Below are positions 57,017-64,000 of a DNA stretch of 64,000 bases, one piece after another. A program made the position numbers and the translations under genes. Under the pieces are notes generated by a model. It made no database searches and was not told the origin of the DNA. It saw nothing but the letters and a program-made list of their open reading frames with translations. The DNA is taken from assembly GCA_951406725.2 (NCBI GenBank), contig OX597832.1, positions 54,188,001-54,252,000 on the forward strand. The letters run 5' to 3'. The DNA comes from Octopus vulgaris. Lineage: Eukaryota. Numbering within the stretch: the stretch's first letter is position 1; the number at the start of each line of letters is the position of its first letter.

Positions 57017-57182
57017 TACGACGGGCTTCTTTCAGTTTCCGTCTACCAAATCCACTCACAAGGCTTTGGTCGGCCCGAGGCTATAGTAGAAGACACTTGC
57101 CCAAGGCGCCACGCAGTGGGACTGAACCCGGAACCATGTGGTTGGTAAGCAAGCTACTTACCACACAGCCACGCCTGCGCCT
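56775..57182 (-). mobile_element. SINE family B, full length
   Basis: Matches family B. Confidence 0.93.
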
Positions 57183-57520
57183 ATTTCAATACATTTTGTA
57201 AATATCGTTTCACGAAGTTAAGTGACAAGCAAACTTGTAAAATACATGTTTGCGAACTATTTGGGATAGTGGAAAACTTGAAGGAAATTAAAAAATATAA
57301 CGGAAGATAGTGTTCATGTGTTTGGTTTATAGAAAAAGATTATTTTGAGATTTGTTTCTTTAAATGAAGACTCTATTAACAGAGCATTTCTCTTGTAATC
57401 TATAACTGAACTGGCACTATCCATATAGGGAATCGTTAACTATTTAATTCCAAAAAGGTAAAGTATTGAATAATCAACTGATAAACTACTGAAATTCGCG
57501 TATTTTCGACCCATTTTGTG

Positions 57521-57544
57521 CTATAAATATCCGTCCTTATATGG
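57521..57544 (+). promoter_or_regulatory. CArG box (CCTTATATGG, 57535-57544) with adjacent MEF2-like site (CTATAAATAT)
   Basis: Perfect CC(A/T)6GG about 550 bp upstream of the Inr; near-CArG CCATATAGGG at 57421. Confidence 0.45.
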
Positions 57545-57680
57545 GCAGGTCAAGTATTTTCTTCTGTGTGTGTGTGTGAGAGAGAGAGATAGAGATAGAG
57601 AGAGAGAGAGATAGAGAGAGAGAGAAAGAGAGAGATAGAGATAGAGAAAGAGAGAGATAGAGAAAGAGAGAGATAGAGAA

Positions 57681-57778
<98 letters not shown>

Positions 57779-58014
57779 AAATGAAATGACAGTAATTTTT
57801 TTCGACGCCCAGAATGCGAGGAAAGCCACTTCCACAATCAGTTCATCCTCAACCACTTCTATTTTAACCAGTTAAGGAAACAAACTCGTTTTTATTATTT
57901 GTTATTTCAGTTTAAAATGTGGGCGCAATTCTTCCTCTGTCCACCCACCCCCACCATCTCCGCCGACTCACCCCTCTCTCTCTCTCCCTCCCTCCTTCCT
58001 TTCTACTTGCTGAT

Positions 58015-58090
58015 CACGTGAACAAATTGTGAGTCAGTCAGTAGCTGGTGTTTGATTATAAATAAAAAGAAAGCACAGCTCGCCTCAGTT
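58015..58090 (+). promoter_or_regulatory. Core promoter: E-box, AP-1, TATA box and initiator
   Basis: CACGTG 58015-58020, TGAGTCA 58030-58036, TATAAATA 58057-58064, TCAGTT 58085-58090 (A at 58087, 30 bp from the TATA start). Confidence 0.7.
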
Positions 58091-58204
58091 ACAGACGACG
58101 TCTGCAGTCACCGTGGATTTTCATTCATTTGAATAATAATAATAAACAGAAACGAAATCTTTTTGTAACTTTAAATTCGTTTGGAACTTAAGCATTTATT
58201 AAAA

Positions 58205-58255
58205 ATGAATAACCGTGCCAAAAAATGTGGAATAAGCGCTGATGTACAAGCAAAA
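58205..58255 (+). CDS. First coding exon of a probable calponin/transgelin/myophilin-family protein
   Basis: aaaaATG context; MNNRAKKCGISADVQAK followed by a phase-0 donor GTAAGT. Resembles the transgelin N-terminus MANRGPSYGLSREVQEK. No downstream exon identified in the window. Confidence 0.65.
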
Positions 58256-58353
58256 GTAAGTTTTATTTATTTATTTACTTAATATATTTTCTCCGATTTT
58301 GAGTTTTTAATAATTCGCAATATTTCGGCCTCTCCACCACACTTTCTTTTTTT

Positions 58354-59105
58354 CCGTTTCTGGGACCCCCATGAAAAGGTAGAGTTTCCCCCTTTTCAGT
58401 GAGTGTGCGAAAGGTGGAATTTAATTACTTATTACAAATGATAACCGAATATCAATAATACTTATTTCTTTATTGCCCACAAGGGGCTAAATATAGAGGG
58501 GACAAACAAGGACAGACAAAGGGATTAAGTCGATTATATCGACCCCCAGTGCGGGCTGGCAGAAACGTTAGCACGCCGGGCGAAATGCTTAGCAGTATTT
58601 CGTCTGCCGCTACTTTCTGAGTTCAAATTCCCCCGGTTTCTGGGACCCCCATGAAAAGGTAGAGTTTCCCTTATCAGTGAGTATGCGAAAGGTGGAATTT
58701 AATTAATTATTACAAATGGTAACCGAATATCAATAATACTTATTTCTTTATTGCCCACAAGGGGCTAAACACAGAGGGGACAAACAAGGACAGACAAAGG
58801 GATTAAGTCGATTATAGCGACCCCCAGTGCGGGCTGGCAGAAACGTTAGCACGCCGGGCGAAATGCTTAGCAGTATTTCGTCTGCCGCTACTTTCTGAGT
58901 TCAAATTCCCCCGAGGTCGACTTTGCCTTTCATCCTTTCGGGGTCGATAAATTAAGTACCAGTTACGCACTGGAATCGATGTAATCGACTCAATCCGTTT
59001 GTCCGTCCTTGTTTGTCCTCTCTGTGTTTAGCCCCTTGTGGGTAGTAAAGAAATAGGTATTTAATTCATCGACCCCGAAAGGATAAGGCAAAGTCGACCT
59101 CGGCG
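58354..59105. repeat. ~280-bp tandem duplication containing nested, opposite-strand SINE A copies
   Basis: gtttctgggacccccatgaaaagg...gagttcaaattcccc occurs at 58355-58634 and 58636-58912. Confidence 0.92.
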
Positions 59106-59644
59106 TTCAAATACTTCATTAGCGGTGATTTATTTTTTTTTTAATGAAATTCATACCTTCACTAAAATACCGGGTAAAAAAAAATCGAAGGAGAAGGCCA
59201 ACATCTGAAATAATTAGCTAATTAAGATATGTACTTCGGTAATTAATAGACCTGCTTTACTCATATAAATTACAAATGCAGTAAGAAAATATTTTGAATG
59301 TTTTTGCAAATGAAATTCTGAATGAACAAGCGTTTTCTCAATTGAATGTAACAGCGAGAGTGGACAGTATTGGCAACTAAAACACAAAACTTCTACAGTG
59401 ACGTTTCTGTTATTGCGATCTAACCAGTAGCCCGCTCATTTGATTTGCTAAAAATAACAGCCAAATATTTCTCCAGTTCTTCTGCCCTAAAATTCTATGG
59501 ACACCTTGGGTAATGTAGTTGGTTCTAGGTGTAGCGTCGAATGTTGTTCAAGTTCTCCCAACCACTTGATGTATTTCAGATTTTCTCAAATTTTCCGATT
59601 GATTAAGATTACATAACTTTAAATACTTGTAACTTCTTCTTAAT

Positions 59645-59974
59645 TATGGTTAAAGGTATTCCAGTCGCAATCGGCGGGATGTCTGGGATGGTTGGGGGTA
59701 GGGGTAGCATCTTGCTAGATTTCATTCAACCACTTGAAGTTTTACAAATTTTCAGAATTTTTTTTTTTTAATGTAGTTTTGCATTAATTTTTTTTTTAAT
59801 CGATGAAAAAACTAATTTCTCGGTGGGGAAAAAAATTAATGCAATTTAAGTCCTCAAATGCAAAACTACATTAAAAAAAAAGAAAGTGGTTGGAGGAAAT
59901 TTAACAGGATGCTACCCCTTCCCCTTACCATTCCCGAAACCCCGATGATTGCGACTGGAATACCTTTAACCATA
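59645..59974. repeat. Long imperfect inverted repeat (foldback/MITE-like)
   Basis: Outer 28 bp perfect (tatggttaaaggtattccagtcgcaatc / gattgcgactggaatacctttaaccata); inner arms ttttaatgtagttttgcatt / aatgcaaaactacattaaaa. Confidence 0.85.
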
Positions 59975-61021
59975 GGCCTACTCTATAAGGACTGTCATAG
60001 GGATAAACAGCGACGAACAATGAACAATTCTGCGGAATTTAAACCCATCTACCAAATTCTCAAATTTCCCTTAAGCTTAATCTATAAGAATTTATATTCT
60101 TTTTAATGTCTTTTCAATTGATTTATTTCTTGGTTGCACTTTAGTTTATTTTTATTGTTCATCTAAAAGTATTATGTATTTTTCACCATTTACGACTCCG
60201 TCAGATAAACTTTCTGTTGACGATTTCAAAAAAGACACCGAAACAGATTTTTTTCTAAACAATGACTCTGGATTAAGTTTTATCATAGATTTGTCTTTTT
60301 ATTTTAAAATTTGAGCTGAATATAACATTTTCCCAATTCTATTGAGCGCAAATTGTTTCTTTGTGGTTTGTCGTTTAAAATAAGCAATAATCAGACTTTC
60401 TACACGTCCCACCCAATATCTTGTAATTAATTTAACGGTAATAAACATTATTGTTTATTCAACATCCTCGTCTAACCCGATAAAGAAAACCTAGGGTCAA
60501 AGATCATCCCGTATCCTTTTATTTTTATTTCCTGCAATAGTCTACCTTGGACAACATTACCAAATGTTTTCGATTACCTGTAGGCATTTGCATTACTAAA
60601 AAAGGACGAAGAGGGCATTTCCTGAGCGAGCTCTGGTGATGCCCATTAGGTTCATTTGAGGGCTACCTTTAACGGTACAAACTCTATCTGTACCACTTGA
60701 CTGCAAGGTGGAATTTGCAGTAGATTCATTCGCTATTTCTAGCAGATCAAGCGACCATGTAGCAACGCCCACGTTGGGTCGACTGGTTTAGCGTAACTTT
60801 AGTATATGACGTCTAAGGCGGGAAAATCGAGGAGCGCGGCGATGAGAAAAGAGGCAATTAAAAATTTGTCACGGGCAATTAATATTTTGTATAGTTCGGC
60901 TCTCCTAGTTAACTATTCTCTCTCTAACTCGGTTGAGTTTCCGTTAAACCGGGTTAACCATAGTTTCACTTTGTAGTTGGTGTTTTTTTTTTCTTTTTCA
61001 CGAAGCTTAAAAGTCGACGGA

Positions 61022-61508
<487 letters not shown>

Positions 61509-61669
61509 TTTTTTTTTCTTTACCTGCAGTAGAACTCAAGGAAATTCTATATAAGATTCAATATTGCATAATTTGGCAAACACAGCTTGTGAATAAGGAA
61601 CACTATTACAGAATGGCTTCGGTTTTATTCTATTTACTATGGATAAGAAAAGAGGTTTCTAAATACCTT

Positions 61670-62300
61670 CGCCTGTGTAGTTAAGAAGCTCGCTTTGCAA
61701 TCACTTCGTTTCCAGTTCGGTCACACTGCGCGGCACCTTGGGCAAATGTGGACTGGATCCACGGGCCGATCAATGCCTTGTTAGCGAATTTGGTAAAAGG
61801 AAACTGGAAGTTCGTCGCGCGCGCGTGTGTGTATATATCTTGTCATTTGACTACGGCCATACTGGAGCACCGCCTTTAGTCGAACAAATCGACCCCAGTA
61901 CTTTATCGGTTTCTTTTGCTAAACCGCTAAGTTACGAGGACATAAACACAAACATCGGGCTTCTTTCAGTTTCCGTCTACCAAATCCACTCTCACGGCTT
62001 TGGTCGGCCCGAGGCAATAGTAGAAGACACTTGCCCAAGGTGCCATGCACCCGGAACCATGGGGTTAGAAAGCAAGCTTCTTACCATACAACCACAAAAA
62101 AAAAGTCTTGTTCTTCCCCATTGCCCTATTGCTTGATCGATGTTTGTTTGCGTCCCCGTAACTTAGCAGTTCGGTAAAGAGACCGTTAGAATAAGTACCG
62201 GACTTTTCAAAAATAAATTCTGGGGTCGATTTGTTCGACTATACCCTACAAGGCGGTGCTCCAGTATGACTGCAGTCTAGTGATTGAAATAAAAAGGAAA
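61670..62300. mobile_element. Old SINE B (+) with a deleted SINE B (-, 61840-62095) at its internal microsatellite
   Basis: Head 61670-61815 and 3' half 62140-62300 on +, with family B segments on - between them. Confidence 0.75.
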
Positions 62301-62559
62301 GCTAAGGCCTCAAGTAAGTAAGTATTTTCTTGGAACCCTTAGATTAAATTTGGTCGCAATGTTATCCAGGTTGGAACTGATTTTATAAGTGACAAAAAGG
62401 ATACGCTGCATTAATTAAGAAAAGGGCACACCGCATTAATTAACGAAATACAAAAGTACATGCTGTGCTAATTAAGAAATGATAAAAGTACATGCAACGT
62501 TAATTAATAAATAGTTGATTTCAATTTTTTTTATTTTGCATCAAATGTAAAAAAATAAC

Positions 62560-63072
62560 CTTTTCTACTCTAGACACAAGGCCCGAAATTTTGGGGGAGG
62601 GGGCTAGTCGATTAGACCGACCCCAGTACGCAACTAGTACCTAATTTATCGACCCAGAAAGGATGAAAGGTAAAGTCGACCTCGGCGGGATTTGAACTCA
62701 GAACATAAAGACAGACGAAATATCGCTAAGCATTTCGTCCGGCGTGCTAACGTTTCTGCCAGCTCGCCGCCTTAAATGTAAGAAATAATCAACAACAAAA
62801 ATAAATTCCTTAACATTGTAGCTTTAGCAGGACTCTTTGAATGCCTTCATCATCATCATCATCATCATCATCATTAAGGCGGTAGAATGGTTAGCGCGTC
62901 GGATAAAATGTTCAGTGACGTTTCTTCCGGCTCTTTACGGTCTCCGTTCAAATTCTGCCAAGTTCAAATTTATCTTTTCGGGGTCGATGAAATAAGTACC
63001 AGTTGAGTACTGAGGTCGCTGTAATCGACCTACTCCGCCGAAATTTCAATCCTTGTGCCCATAAGAGAAAGC
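62560..63072. mobile_element. Head-to-head SINE A copies (- 62560-62772; + 62878-63072)
   Basis: Family A head and core motifs. Confidence 0.85.
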
Positions 63073-63528
63073 ATCATCATCACCATAATAATAATAATAA
63101 TAATAATAATATTAATGATCTATTGTAGTTCGTGCCTTTGAAATTGTTCTTAACTCAATTATTTAAAGCTTAACCTTTTAAAAATCTCAGTCTCGTACAC
63201 TACACTGATATGGTGCCCTCGGCAGATTTTGAACTCGGAATGTACTACTCCAGAACAGATATCGTAAAAACGTCCCACCTGACGTCATAGCAATGCCACT
63301 TACACCTTATTCTAGTGTTCAAACGTCTCTGCCAGCTGTCCATATTGTGTTGTGAACGTCACAATACTCTGTAGAACCTGTTTGTTTAGTTGGTGTGAAT
63401 AAAGCATTTAATATTTAGCGGGAGCAGTGGTGTTAGTGTTGCAATAAAGGTTTTCTAACATTTAGTCGCATTACTTTCTTCTGATTGCTTTTATCGATCT
63501 GCGGAGAGAATCAATAGATTGAGAAGGG

Positions 63529-63577
<49 letters not shown>

Positions 63578-64000
63578 CAATAATAACGACAACCAATTAC
63601 CTCCCTTTATTTATCTACTTGTGAAGTTATTCACTTGTGAATTTCATCACACACAACATGGACCAAATTTCTTAAGAAAAAATATATATTCAAATAAGTA
63701 AAACATAATATCATGAATAGCGATAGCGAAACCGGTCGATATATTAAAACTATGTAAGTGTGCGTATTTTCCCTTCTTTTAATTTCTTATATATATATAT
63801 ATATATATTGAGCTAGGCAATATTCTTGTCATGTACCAAATAAATCTCGGGGGGGATGGCGAAGATACCTTTCCGTACAGTCGTGTAGGCTAAGTGGTTT
63901 TGAGGGTGGAGAACTAATTTTCTTTACGCTGCTTTTACCATTGGGAAATAGAAGCACATTAAAACACCCCCGCTTTAAATTAGCTATCTACCTATCCATC

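Overview
Repeat-dense, AT-rich eukaryotic DNA. It is most likely a coleoid cephalopod (Octopus-like), inferred from the tRNA-headed SINE families and very high microsatellite load. Nearly all ORFs in the track are microsatellite or SINE artefacts. Supported content: (1) three tRNA-headed SINE families (called A, B and C here) in dozens of copies; (2) a 5'-truncated, nearly intact R4/Dong-clade non-LTR retrotransposon (RT plus restriction-like endonuclease) in a (TAA)n tract, plus several other Dong-type fragments; (3) an unclassified ~550-bp element, present as three full-length copies at (TAA)n sites; (4) Penelope-like fragments with minimal hammerhead-like motifs; (5) mariner, hAT, piggyBac-like, Helitron and MITE relics; (6) an intact tRNA-Leu(CAG) gene; (7) a U6 snRNA-SINE chimeric retrocopy with a perfect 15-bp TSD; (8) a 9 x ~98-bp tandem array; (9) near 58 kb, a TATA/Inr/CArG promoter and the first coding exon of a probable calponin/transgelin/myophilin-family gene. 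Family assignments come from motif recognition only; no database search was run. Element boundaries are approximate unless a TSD or TIR is given.
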